Position numbers and translations under genes: made by a program. The notes below the pieces were generated by a model. That model made no database searches, was not told the DNA's origin, and was given only the letters and a program-made list of their open reading frames with translations. From Eledone cirrhosa (Eukaryota), in NCBI GenBank assembly GCA_964016885.1, contig OZ024740.1, positions 98,766,001 to 98,830,000 of the forward strand: a stretch of DNA of 64,000 bases. The letters are read 5' to 3'. This document shows, piece by piece, positions 51,379 through 63,794 of this stretch. Every line of letters begins with the position of its first letter. Positions within the stretch are counted from its first letter, which is position 1.

Positions 51379-52178
51379 ATACTTTGGGAGGGTCGTGTTG
51401 CCAATAAGAAACGCACGCACCAGTTGTTTTCACTTCAATTTATTATAATAAATTTATAAATTTAGGAATTTATAAATTTCCGGGTGGGTGGTTGGTTCCA
51501 CAACCAGATGATTGTTTATATATTGTCAAAGTTATTTCGTCTCACATTCTGTGACCTCTTCAGTGACTGGGGATTATTTTCTTTGATTTTGTGCCTCTCC
51601 TTTGTTCTGTCCTACGCCATCTTGTTTTTGTGTGTGTTGTGTGCTTAGGTTGCGCATGTGTTACATCCGGGTCGCTGTGTGTGTTTATATGTGTTTATTT
51701 ATTTGTTTATTTACATGTTACTGGTTGGTTGTTTGTTCAATGTGCGTGTGTGTTTTCATTTTGTCCTTAATTGTAAGTTGTGATGTTGCTGTTCCATTCA
51801 TGTTGTCTATTTAATTTTGGTTGGAGTTCATTTATATTTATTGCCGCTGCGATTTGTCTAAACATTGCGTCTTTTCTGTGTGTAGATTCTATTTTTATTT
51901 CTATGTTCTCTAATTTACCCTTATGTTCTATTTTAGCATGTTGGTAGAGTAAAGATGATTCTTTACTATCTTGAAGTTCTCGGCAGTGTTCATTTATCCG
52001 TTCCCCTATACTACGAGCTGTCTCACCTATGTACACTGTATTCTTATCTATACATTGTCCTTCAGTACATCTTATGCTATATACTACATTTCTAGTTTTA
52101 CAGTTAATATGGGGGCTTAATTTACAGATTATAAATTTCTTATCTATACAGGGAGACCTCCCTGTATATATAAGAAAT
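51373..52178 (-). mobile_element. 5'-truncated PLE (Nematis-like): GIY-YIG, 3' UTR and HHR
   Basis: YIGETARSIGERINEH..LYQHAKIEH..RQIAAAINI..LNRQHEW; terminus gaccctcccaaagtataacaat runs into (TA)n. Confidence 0.85.
51525..51567 (-). ncRNA. hammerhead ribozyme (stem III imperfect)
   Basis: Minus strand: gtca-CTGAAGA-ggtcaca gaa tgtgagac-GAAA taa CTT-tgac. Confidence 0.65.
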
Positions 52179-52239
52179 GTATATATATATATAAGAAATG
52201 TATCTATATATATATAAATAAGAAATGTATATATATATT

Positions 52240-53515
52240 AACGTGACAGATTAAGGTTTAAGCAAAGAATCGCTGCTTTCACCCTTAACGGGATCTCCTG
52301 AAACTAAAAAAAAGAATCCATCTGTGAATGCAGAAGTATATATTTCGAAAAGCTATGCAACCAAAGGAACACAGGAAGACGCTATTTTGGTTCGTGAAGA
52401 CGTTCCCTTGCAATGAACAAAAAATAAGCGGAGATAATACGTCATTATGCGGAGCGAGAGAACAAATACACGCAAAAACAAACCAAGGTTATGGTATAAA
52501 TGGAATCATAGACTTATATTCTATTTAGGAAGCCGAATGAATCTCGGCTTCGGAGTTAAATATAATGTAAATAAATTAGTAGAACGAAAATGACAGAGGT
52601 TATTAAAATCATAAAAGTAACGATAACTAAATATATACATACACACATCTATATACACATGTACCCGCACACATACAAACTTATACACCAAATACACATA
52701 TAAAAATATATGTGTGTGTATATACATATAATTATATAAATATATATAAATATACGCAGATAACTACAAATGTAACTCACACACACACAAATATACCTAC
52801 AGGTAAATACACATATGTTCACCAAACGTACATATACGAAACCTCAATGTACACATATCCACACCTTACATGCGTGCAAACACGCATACATGCACAAACA
52901 CGAAATACACATAACCGTGTACACACATACCAGTAAAAATAATATATACGCCTATAACAAATACAAGCATATATACGTACGAGAAAGTATACGTACCAAC
53001 ACAAAACATACATATAAGGTATACTTACCTATACAAATAAGTAATGATATAAATATAAAATATACTTAGCTACCACATCAAGATGTAAATAATCCGCGTA
53101 TTGTTCGTATTATCCGTTAGGGTATAATGTGGGGCCGTAATACAGAAAAGTTTTATGCAATTTGTGTTTGCAAGCCGAAATTGCCTCAGATTTTTTTGCT
53201 TAAGATGCGATCATTGCGTAAAGTATTTCCAGGGCTTCATCGGCGCAAAGATCACATGGACTTTTATTTCAGTTATACGATCTAGCTTTAACTAGGATAA
53301 CCCAGTATAACCTATATTGGGTGTTATTGTCTTTTAGACTCCAGATATAAGCTGAAAGTGACATCATATTCCTTCTTAAAGGGTTAAGTAAAGAATGGGT
53401 GTGCATGTAAAGACGCTGCTTGAATCTATTGGTGGTTAACCCTATGTAGGCCCTACTAGACGTGGGTGTTTCGACCTTACATTTGTAGACAATGTTACTG
53501 GAGAGGCATTTCCCG
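52240..53515 (-). mobile_element. 5'-truncated Hydra-type PLE (GIY-YIG and 3' UTR)
   Basis: AGKCLSSNIVYKCKV..AYIGLTTNRFKQRLYMH..SLSAYIWSLKD..CDLCADE..ISACKH. The 3' extent is approximate. Confidence 0.8.
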
Positions 53516-53531
53516 GCTCTCATCAAGGAGA

Positions 53532-55185
53532 CTTAAAGATCTCCTTGATGAGAGCTCCATAGACCTCATGTACTCTCGTTACGTAGACGATTTCAATATA
53601 GTTATAAGAACATCCCCACAAGAGAGCACTAACAAATTTGATTTAGAACGTAGCACAATGGAAAGCATCCAGCAGCTAGCTAATTCCATACACCAGAGTA
53701 TAACTGTAACTATCGACTACCCTTCCAAACACCCTAACAATAGACTACCTGTATTAGACACGGAACTCTGGATTAACACTATACACGAGAGAGCCCAAAT
53801 TCTCCACTCACACTATGCTAAACCCATGGCCTCCAAATACCTGATACTCAAAAACTCAGCAATGTCCAGTAGTGCTAAGTTTAATATTCTGATCGCAGAC
53901 TTGGTACGAGTGATGAAGAACATGTCTCGCATGTGCGACCCAACAGAAATGGAAAGACACATCCAACACTTCATCAACCGCATGCAGTTCTCTGGCTACA
54001 ACCAAATAGACAGAATTAGAGTATACGAAGGAGCCACGGAGAAGTATAAGACCCTCATAGAACTGGACATGAAAGGAATTTGCCCATTATACAGGAGCAA
54101 ATCATGGAATAGCTTAGATAGGGCTGGACATAAGATAGGGAAGCCATCTCATGGTACGACAACGAGAGATATCAGAGTGTCATGTTTGTGGACGCTACCC
54201 CTGGAAGGAAATTAGCTAACCAGTGTAGAAAGGCCATGAGAAGGTCCCACTTAAAGATTAAGGTGGTAGAAAAGCCAGGAACCACCATAAAATCCCTGAT
54301 CAGCAAAACCTACCCTTACAGAGGGTACTTGCAGAAACATGACAACAACATACATAGGCGAGACAGTTCGTAGCATAGATGAAAGGATAGACTAACACTG
54401 GGGGGGAAATAAAAGGACGAAAAAACGGTTCAGTACTATACGAACATGCCAGACAACACAACGGTAACATAGAACACATAGAAATTAGAATAATATCTAA
54501 ACATAGAAATGACCCAGCAGATAGGCAAATCAGAGAGGCCAGTGAAATAGAACTTAGAAGGCCAAGGCTAAACAGAAAAAATGAATGCAATAACAACAAC
54601 ACCCAAACAAACAACACTGACCTAAGAGAAGTATAAATAAATAAATAAATATATAAATAAATAAATACATACACAAGCACAATAACAACAAACACATATA
54701 AACACACTAGTAAAGATAGAATACATTAACCAATACACAGTCACCCAATCACGAACACACATCAAACAAAACACTATACACACACGCAAAGAAGACAAAA
54801 AAAAATAATAATAAAATAAACAAATAAATAAATATATAAACAGACTAAATAATGATGGCGTAGAAAATACAATGTAACGAGAAGAAACAATAGCACCACT
54901 GACGATATTGCAGATGTGCAACGAAAGAACTTTGATAGACTATATATATGTGTTTGTGTCTATATTGTATCTGTATTTTTTGACCGTTGGTCAGTTAATG
55001 GCAACATTGAGGACCGAATAAATTAAACTAACCGATATAAAAGATACAGAAGCGAAAAGCGAAAACCAACCAAACAGTGAGTGTGTTCTGTTATTAATTC
55101 TGGCAATATTAAACAAATATGACCCTCCCAAAGTATAACAATATTTGTTTCGACACACGATTTCATATAAAAAAACCTCGCAAAA
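53532..55185 (+). mobile_element. 5'-truncated PLE (Nematis-like): RT C-terminal half, GIY-YIG, pLTR
   Basis: SRYVDD, RLPVLD, HYAKPMAS, MQFSGY, MFVDATPG, KVVEKPG, YIGET, RQIREA; frameshifts and a ~100-bp deletion near 54320 relative to the 60.4-60.8 kb copy. Confidence 0.9.
54891..54942 (+). ncRNA. hammerhead ribozyme
   Basis: cacca-CTGACGA-tattgca gatg tgcaac-GAAAG aa CTT-tgatag. Confidence 0.6.
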
Positions 55186-55195
55186 CTCTCTCTCC

Positions 55196-55249
<54 letters not shown>

Positions 55250-55252
<3 letters not shown>

Positions 55253-55390
55253 AATAACAGATTAAAGTTTGAGCAAATAATCGCTCCTTTCCCTTTAAGG
55301 GATCTTCCCGTTAAGGGTGAAAGCAGCGATTATTTTCTTAAACTTTAATCTGTTATTTTAATAAATATTTGCTCTATGGTTCTTATATAT
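55250..55390. repeat. 110-bp hairpin next to (TA)n; arm homologous to 52243-52295
   Basis: aaataacagattaaagttt..aataatcgct.cttt / gaaagcagcgattatt..aaactttaatctgttattt. Confidence 0.8.
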
Positions 55391-56012
55391 TTGATATATA
55401 GTTATCCTTATCGAGCCCTCTTTGGATTTTAGTCTTCGCATTTATTATTATTACTATATATATATAGATATATATAAGTTAAATCCCAGGGATAACCAGC
55501 ATATAAATTGTAAGTTGAACATTTTGCTCTCTTTTATAGCTCGATCTTTATTAATTGTTTGTAATGTTGTCTTTGCTTTCTATACTGATGGCCTCGTCAA
55601 GTGCTTCCAAGGTTTATTCTTTGATTATTTTCAATTTGTAAACATAACCATCGCACTCCTCAAAAATAAGGAATACTAGCTTAGCTCCCTTTCATTGTTA
55701 TGTGACACTGATAGTGGCAGTGACTACTCTAACAGCTATTCCACACCAAATACAGTGGGCTAGTGTTTGACCTATTCTGAGGAGGCTACCTCCCCACTGA
55801 TGAAGTTACTCTTAATCTGATTAATAATGTTTAAAAGCATTACCTAATTTCTGTGCACAGTAGTCAAACATGGACTGCTTCCCGCAGCCAGAGTAACAGA
55901 AACTAGTGCCTAGTCCGAGAACAGAGACTAAATTCTCTACCCACACGAAATCGTTTCTCTCACTATTAACGTATAAGTGTACACCCTCCTTTCCTTAGTT
56001 GGTATCCTAATG

Positions 56013-56193
56013 ATGCTGGTTTAATTAAAGCATTGAGTAAGTGAGAAAATGGTCGGAATATGACTTAATTTCAATATTATCGTGTATATATATTATTGTG
56101 TATATATTTATTTATTTATAGATAATATTATTGAAACTGAGTCATTGGAAGAACCGTTCTGTCACTCACTCAATGCTTTAATAAAGCCAGCAT
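56013..56193. repeat. 180-bp hairpin with a GAAAC-tga-GTC half-hammerhead in its arms
   Basis: atgctggttt.attaaagcattgagt.agtga..atgact.a.tttcaat / attgaaactgagtcat..tcactcactcaatgctttaataaagccagcat. Confidence 0.7.
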
Positions 56194-56592
56194 ATATATA
56201 TGCAAACATTCATACACACACATATATATATATACATATATAAATACTATAAAGTATGTCCATAGTATCATTTGATAATATATATATACACCATTTCCTC
56301 TCCCAATTAGCATAATCAACCACACAAAAAAAAACAAAACAATTAAACCAGGCTATAAGATTAAAAGGCACCTATGAAGAAATATTAAATAAATAAACGA
56401 CAGCGGTCTTCTTCGTGGTCACCGCTATAGAATAGTTACCCAACATTTCAATAGCACGTGGAAATCGATTAAATATACCGTCAACCATACACAATTAGGT
56501 ATAAAATTAAAGTTAGAAGAAAAAATGCATATACACATACCAGGATTACATATATATTACATATATATATATTACATATATATATATATATT

Positions 56593-56650
<58 letters not shown>

Positions 56651-57744
56651 CATATATATTACATATATATATATATATTTATACGTATGTGTGTACTGTA
56701 GAAGCATTTAATGTTAACGGCATTATTGCCAAGAGCTTGGAATGGTTCCAATTTTTATGTTTTCAATTTCATGTAGTTGTTAGTTTACATCTAAAAATAT
56801 TACCTTATTCCACTAGATAATAGTAGTTTTAGTTGGTTGCCACTACTCACTTGCATTCGTGTTTACCTTCAAATGTTTAGCTCCAGTAAAAATAATTCTT
56901 AGAATCAAATCAACACTCATTAATGATGCCAAAAATATAGCCAGCAGTGTTTTATGATATGACTAGAAATCATTATTATCTTGTAAAACGTTTTGGTGGT
57001 TTGTCCTTGTCATAGGAGTTTAATTCACTCATCAGGTACTTTGCAGATGTTAGAAAGATTGCCAGTGAGTGCCTGTTGAGAAATTGTATCTAGATTCGAT
57101 TACTGCAAGATTTAGCAAAGAGAAAAAAAAGGAAATATTAGTTCATCCAGTATATTTCAATCAACAAACATATACAAAGCTAGTAATAAGCACTTTCTAG
57201 ATTTAAAATCTATGTCCCTTTTAATAGGTTCAGACCAGATATGATATGAAGGCCTCTTCTGAAACTGCTTATTAATGTTTGTAATCAATGTTTGTTTAAT
57301 GTTTGACAACTTAAACATTTAGCCCAATCTCTCTCATTTACCTTCAGCAAGATGACTACACCCTCTTAAAATCATTGGGTAAATTGTCCCCTTATCTCTA
57401 CCTCCCTCAGTTTTTCCTGCATCATCTCTGTGGGGGATTATTACTACTTCACTGAGAAGGTCTTGAACCTATGCAGAAAACTTCCCATTAGTTTGAATGA
57501 GCTCCATTTGTGTGTACTTCTTTTCCATATATTATCTTCAGAACAATACTATTTCTGAATATTCATTTTTTTAAAAAGATTTTAAAGTAGAAAATAGAGA
57601 AAGGTTTCCTGCAATAATAGCAGACCAAGTAATAATGTGGGGACAATCCCTTTTGTTTTTCTGTATACAGAGAAATGGTGGAAAGAATGAATGAAATTTA
57701 TTATGATTTAAATTCTTGACACACACAAACCTATTCCAAAGCAG

Positions 57745-57980
57745 GTTACCAAATGACTAGGTTGTTGGTCTCACAATTGTAAGGCCAAAGATTCGAACCA
57801 TGAACAAAACAATGTATTGTTCCTTAAGCAAGATACATGATTCGCTGTTGTGTCAGTCAACTCAGCTAGATAAAGTGAGTACCAGCTGTAGCCGAGGGTT
57901 AACCTGCAATGAACTGGTGCACTCTCTTGTACTCTCAGAAACATAACATGCATCAAACTGGTATAAGCTCTGGCCTGATT
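57745..57980 (+). mobile_element. old tRNA-derived SINE (V/Meta-core-like)
   Basis: B-box-like gattcgaacc, tccttaagcaagatac, cagtcaactcagct..gagtacc, aactggtataagctctggcctgat. Confidence 0.55.
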
Positions 57981-58793
57981 ATAATTTGGTATGAGATAGA
58001 GTTAACTCTCACATACATATACATACACACAGGTGCATACAAAAATACACATGATTAAAATTTATGCTTCTAGATCAACTTTGCCTCCACAACACACTTA
58101 CTGAAATGCAAATAGATTCAAGCACAAATATGCAAAATCACGTACATACATACTTATTCACACTCCACATCTGCATACCAAATTAATCCATCTTACTAAC
58201 AGCTTTTCAAAACAAGAAATTGATTAACAAGAAGAAAACTTAAGATTGATATTCTAACACACAGATTGACCAAAACCGGAATAACACAATGATGACCACT
58301 ACATTTGATCTATCTGTATAGTCTGTTACCACACACTCCAAATAAAATATCTGAGTATTAATCTAAATAAATCTGCAAAATCAAATGTGTCATTGCAAGT
58401 TCATATCATTCTTGCTTCACAATAGAAGTATTGCTACTCACTGCACTCAAAGTATAGGGGCCGGTGAGTTAATTTAAAAAATTGTTCAATTGAAAATTTT
58501 GATGAATTAAAATTTCAATTTTGGTGCCGTACCATCTTCTGTTTCAGTTATGCCTTTTCATATTCCAGCTTTGCTTAATCAAATTGGGTCCCCCCATTTT
58601 GTAGAGTACAGATGTAGTTACATAAAAGTAAAATTCTTATTTTTATATATTTATACATTGATAAATATATTATGAAACACCTGCATCCACACAAACCTTT
58701 TGAAGAAGAAAACCTGCAAGAGAAAATATATATATATATCATCATAATCTTCATCCTCATCACTGTTTAACTTCCATCTTTTTACACTAGTTT

Positions 58794-58832
<39 letters not shown>

Positions 58833-59011
58833 ATACATGGGAAGGTCATATTGTTGTAATAATATTGCTTGAAATAATAACAGAACACACTCACTGTTTG
58901 GTTGGTTTTCGCTTCTGTATCTTTTATATCTCCATAGTTAATCTATTTGGCAATCAACGTTTATCATTGATTGACCAACGGTTAAAAATACAGATATAAA
59001 TTTATATATTC

Positions 59012-59850
59012 TCTCTAAAAATGAAAGGCAGGCTGTATGTTGCCTGCATACGAACAGCAATGTTACATGGCAGTGAGACCTGGGCATAGTGTGCAGAGGA
59101 TATACGCAGACTGGAGAGGAACGAAGCTTGCAAGCTCCGCTGGATGTCTAATAGTAATATACGTGAACGGCAAAGCATAAACGAACTAAGGGAGAAATTA
59201 GGAATAAGAGGGATCAGATGCTGTTTACTCGAGAGAAGGCTACGTTGGTACGGTCACGTGATGCGCATGAAAGACCACAGCTGCATAAAAAAGTGCAGGG
59301 CGATGAAAATAGACGGTAGCCACGGAGTAGGCAGACCCAGAAAAACCTGGGACGACTTGATCAATTCCGACCTCACACACTTACACCTCTCCAAGACAAT
59401 GACACTGGACCGAGATCTTTGGTGCTACACCGTAATACAGAAGACCCGCCTTGCCTAAGTACAAAGCGAAACCTACAGTCAGTAGGCACCTCTAACACAA
59501 ATACACCCCGGCCCACTACCCCCACCCCATCCACACCACCCCTTCCAATGTAAAGTTATGTTGGTACCACAACATCCAGTCCGAAATAAATGAGGTCGTT
59601 TAGGTGTCACGACAAAAAAACACACAGTCCACGCTGTAATGGGGCCGTGTAGGTAACGCGGTAAAAACCTCCCAGTCCACACTGTATACGTGGTTGGTGT
59701 TAGGAAGGGCATCCAGCCGTAGAAAACCCGCCAGACAGTTCTATACGAGCAAGACAATCAATCTTGCCTCAAGTGTGAACATTCCCGTCCAAAACCATGC
59801 TAGCGTGGAAGATGGACGTTAAACGATGATGATGGTGATGATGATGATGA
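59012..59850 (+). mobile_element. RTE LINE 3' end inserted in the PLE pLTR
   Basis: KMKGRLYVACIRTAMLHGSETW, RRLRWYGHVMRM..GRPRKTW; (GAT)n tail; sits in an internal (TA)n. Confidence 0.9.
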
Positions 59851-59854
59851 TATA

Positions 59855-59906
59855 TAGTCTATCAAAGTTCTTTCGTTGCACGTCTGCAACATCATCAGTG
59901 GTACTA
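59855..59906 (-). ncRNA. hammerhead ribozyme
   Basis: Minus strand: tacca-CTGATGA-tgttgca gacg tgcaac-GAAAG aa CTT-tgata. Confidence 0.65.
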
Positions 59907-60790
59907 TTATTATGTTCCCTCCTATTGTATTGTATTGTATTGTAATGTCTATGCCATTTTTATTTTATTTATATATTTACTCTTGCCTCCATCTCTGCAC
60001 ATGTGTTTGCGTGTGTGTATAATGTTTGGTGTGTGTGTTCGCGTTTGGGTGTATGTGTTTTGGTTTTTGTATTCTATCTTTGTTTACTAGTGTGTGTTTA
60101 TATGTGTTTGTTGTTATTTTACTTGTGTATATATTTATTTATTTATATTTCGCTTGAGTCAGTATTGTGTGTTTGGGTGTTGTTGTTATTTCATTCATTT
60201 TTTTCTGTTTAACTTCGGTCTTCTTATTTCTATCTCAGTTGCTTCTCTGATTTGCCTACCTGTAGAATCTATGTTTAGATATTATTTCAATTTCTATGTT
60301 GTCTATGTTACCGTCATGTCTTTGTCTGGCGTGTTCGTATAGTACTGAGCCGTTTTTTTGTCCTTTTAGTTCTCCCCAGAGTTAGTCTCTTGTTTCTCCA
60401 ATGCTTCGAGCTGTCTCACCTATGTATGTCGTTGTCATGTTTCTGCAAGTAACCTCTTTACATCCTATGCTATAGAATACAATTGTAGTTTTACAGTTTA
60501 TCTGGGGGTTCATTTTACAAATAACACATGTCTTATTAGTATAGTGGGTTTTCTTAAAGGGGTATGTTTTGCTGATCACGGATTTTATGGTAGTTCCTGG
60601 CTTTTCTACCACATTAATCTTTAAGTGGGTCTTTCTTAGGGCCCTTCTATATTGGTTAGCTAATTTCACCCCAGGGGTAGCATCCAGGAACATGACATTC
60701 TGGTATCTCTGGTTGTCATACCATGAAGTGGGTTTCCCTATCTTATGTTTAGTCCTATCTAGGCTATTCCATGATTTGTTCCTGAATAAT

Positions 60791-60840
60791 GGTACCACTG
60801 ATGATGTTGCAGATGTGCAACGAAAGAACTTTCATAGACT
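60791..60840 (+). ncRNA. hammerhead ribozyme at the inversion junction
   Basis: tacca-CTGATGA-tgttgca gatg tgcaac-GAAAG aa CTT-tcata. Confidence 0.6.
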
Positions 60841-61122
60841 ATATATATATATTTATATCTGTATTTTTAACCGTTGGTCAATCAATGATAAACGTTGATT
60901 GCCAAACAGATTAACTATGGAGATATAAAAGATACAGAAGCTAAAACCAACCAAACAGTGAGTGTGTTCTGTTATTATTTCTGGCAATATTATTACAACA
61001 ATATGACCCTCCCCAAGTATAACAATATTTGTTTGACACACGATTTCATATAAAAAACCTTGCAAAACAAATATATATATCATCATCATCATCGTTTAAC
61101 GTCTATCTTCCATGCTAGCATG

Positions 61123-61158
<36 letters not shown>

Positions 61159-63517
61159 TACATACTGCAGATAGCCCACCTTCCCATGTGCATGTGATGA
61201 TCAAATATCAGTCCATTCTGTAAGGTGGTCATGCTAGTGACATATCAAATAAGCACCCAGTTCAACCTGTCTGTTGTTCGTTTTGCTGCCATACTAAAAA
61301 GCACCCTGTCCACACTGTAAATGTGGTTGGCATTAGAAAGGGTATTCACCATTAGCCACAAACAGTGATGATGATGATGACATATATATATATAAACTCA
61401 CACACAAATATACATAGTTGATAGTATATATGCATATTCATGAATATACATATATTTCTGAGTTGGTATATTTTTATACATATTATGTAAGGATGTACAT
61501 GTGTGTGAAAATGTAGAGAAAGTGTTGGGTGTTTTATTGATTATATTAGACTAGAGTTAAGTTAAATTAATTCTATTTCTATTGGAACCAAATAAATATC
61601 TCCTGCCTGCAATATAGTTGTTTAAGTGACAGAATTTAAAACAAGACATGCTTGAAAACATTTCAACTCAATTAGAAATTTAAATTTTTCTATGAAATAC
61701 AAAATACATTTTGTGATGAATGGGATGCTGTGGAGCATAAGTAAAAATAAGTACATTGATATGTTATATGCATACAAATACATGTAGCAATCTTTCTCTA
61801 TCTCTCCCCTCTAAATACATACATACATATATATATATATGTATATATATATATATGTATTATATATATGTACATATATATGTTGTAATATATCATCATC
61901 ATCATTTAACATCTGTGTTTATATGTGTGTTTGTATATATAAAGAGAGAGATAGAGAGAAAGTGTGTGTGTGTGTGTGTGTGTTGAGGGGCTGAACTTGG
62001 AGAGTCATTTGTGTATTGGATGAAATACCTTGTGATATTTGTTCTGAGATCAAATCCAGCAAAGTTCACATTTATTTCACATCCTCTCCATTTATATATG
62101 AATGTATCTATTTGGCTATATGTATTTATACATATGTACCCTACATATATATATATGTATGCACATATATATATACATATACACACACATATATGTGTGT
62201 GTGTGTAGTTAGATTATAGTTATATTGTTATGGGTAGATGCATTTACATTTAGATTTATTTTGAGTGTATCTACATGAAAAGCCCACATCAATGTGAGTA
62301 ATGTGTTAATGTGAAGAATTTGGGTGTATGAATGTGTGTGTGTGTGCGTTTGTGTACGTGTGCGTGTTTGTTTGTGTTGCTGATTATAACATAACAAAGA
62401 GACAAATATATTTCTACATCTATAATAAAAATGGCTAAAAGTGATTTGCATTACAATCGATTTCATTGTTATAATTCCATATGGGAAAATGAAGTTTATG
62501 AATGCCATATGTAATTTATGACAATATAACTCTATATAAACTAAATTAAACATAACTTTTACAATAAAAGCTATTTAGGGATTTGATATCCTTTGGGAAA
62601 TTATGAAAAATATTGTGAATATAAATTGTGCCAACTATTGAGTATATTCAATGATCTAACGGTCAAATTCTTTTAATCACATGTATCTTAAATAGAAGCA
62701 TTTCATCCCCACCCATCTTCTGCTGTGATTTGCTTAACTGAATGATATGTTACTTGTTTTTACTATCCTTGTGGTTAACAGTATCGTTGTTAATGTTGAT
62801 GTAGTTTTATTGTTTGTATTGTTTCGCTTTTATATATTTTTTTGTTTTGTTTTGTCATTTGTTATTTTATTTCAATTGTATTTTTAAATCTGAAATCTAA
62901 ATCCTGTACATTATGAGAGAGAACAAAAGCAGAAACAGAGATTGAATACTTAAACGAAATGTGAGAAAGTTCTAAATAAATTTTAAACATTGATAATTAT
63001 GATTCAAAATCAAATTATGATGTATTATTCTATTTTCTTCTTGTTAATATTCATCAAGTTTGGTCAGTGCTAATAGATTATTAATATTCTATAGTTACAA
63101 ATTAACATGAACTTTCTTCCATGTTCCTTACTTAATAATAAATGCTTGTTTTATGGCTTTATGTAATAAATACACTAAACATGAAGGACTCATATGCTGT
63201 GAATAGATTCAATATAATATTCATTATTAATATTGACTGTTTTCCTCAAACTTTTGCTGACATTACAAGCTTTTCAAAACAATAATAATGTGGTGATATG
63301 TTTGCTTATATATAGATTTAATTAAGACTAATTAAAAAGTAGGTAGATGTAAACAACTCTAATATGTAAATAAGGGAGTGGAGGAATGTTAATGTGCAGA
63401 TTAGGCTAACGACAAGATGTAAAAGAAACGATAAAAAAAAGTGGAAATGAATTGGGTGCAGGATGTATTTGCAACGTGTTAATGTAGTTATATGGGAAAT
63501 ATATAAAAACGTGTATT

Positions 63518-63670
63518 TGTTTCTACTTTTGTCATGAGGTCAGCCATTTGAAAGGAGGGGAAAGTCACCTATATTGACTCCAGTGCATTACTGATACTTT
63601 AATTTGTCGACCCTGTAAGGCTGAAAGGCAAAGATATCCTCAGCAGAATTTGAACTCAGAAATTAGAGGG
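63518..63670 (-). mobile_element. old OK-like SINE
   Basis: tgtttctactttt..gtcgaccctgtaaggctgaaaggcaaag..tttgaactcagaa. Confidence 0.7.
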
Positions 63671-63794
63671 CCATTACAACATGTTGCATGGAAATCATCC
63701 ACACTTCCTTGTTTCTTGTTTTACACTGCATTTCGTTTTTACACAATCTCCAGCATTAAGAGACTGCTTCCAATTAAAGGAATCTTTATTATTT

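Larger units (their letters stand above)
58826..61070. mobile_element. Nematis-like PLE (minus strand) with inverted pLTR, interrupted by an RTE
   Basis: ORF 60382-60798 PLFRNKSWN..FLDATPG..CVIC..YIGETARSIGE; 60786-61026 mirrors 58826-59010 plus 59851-59910. Confidence 0.88.

Noticed and set aside
58455-58600. Possible MITE with gggg..ttaa / ttaa..cccc ends
   Set aside because: TIR match too weak and single copy in the window.
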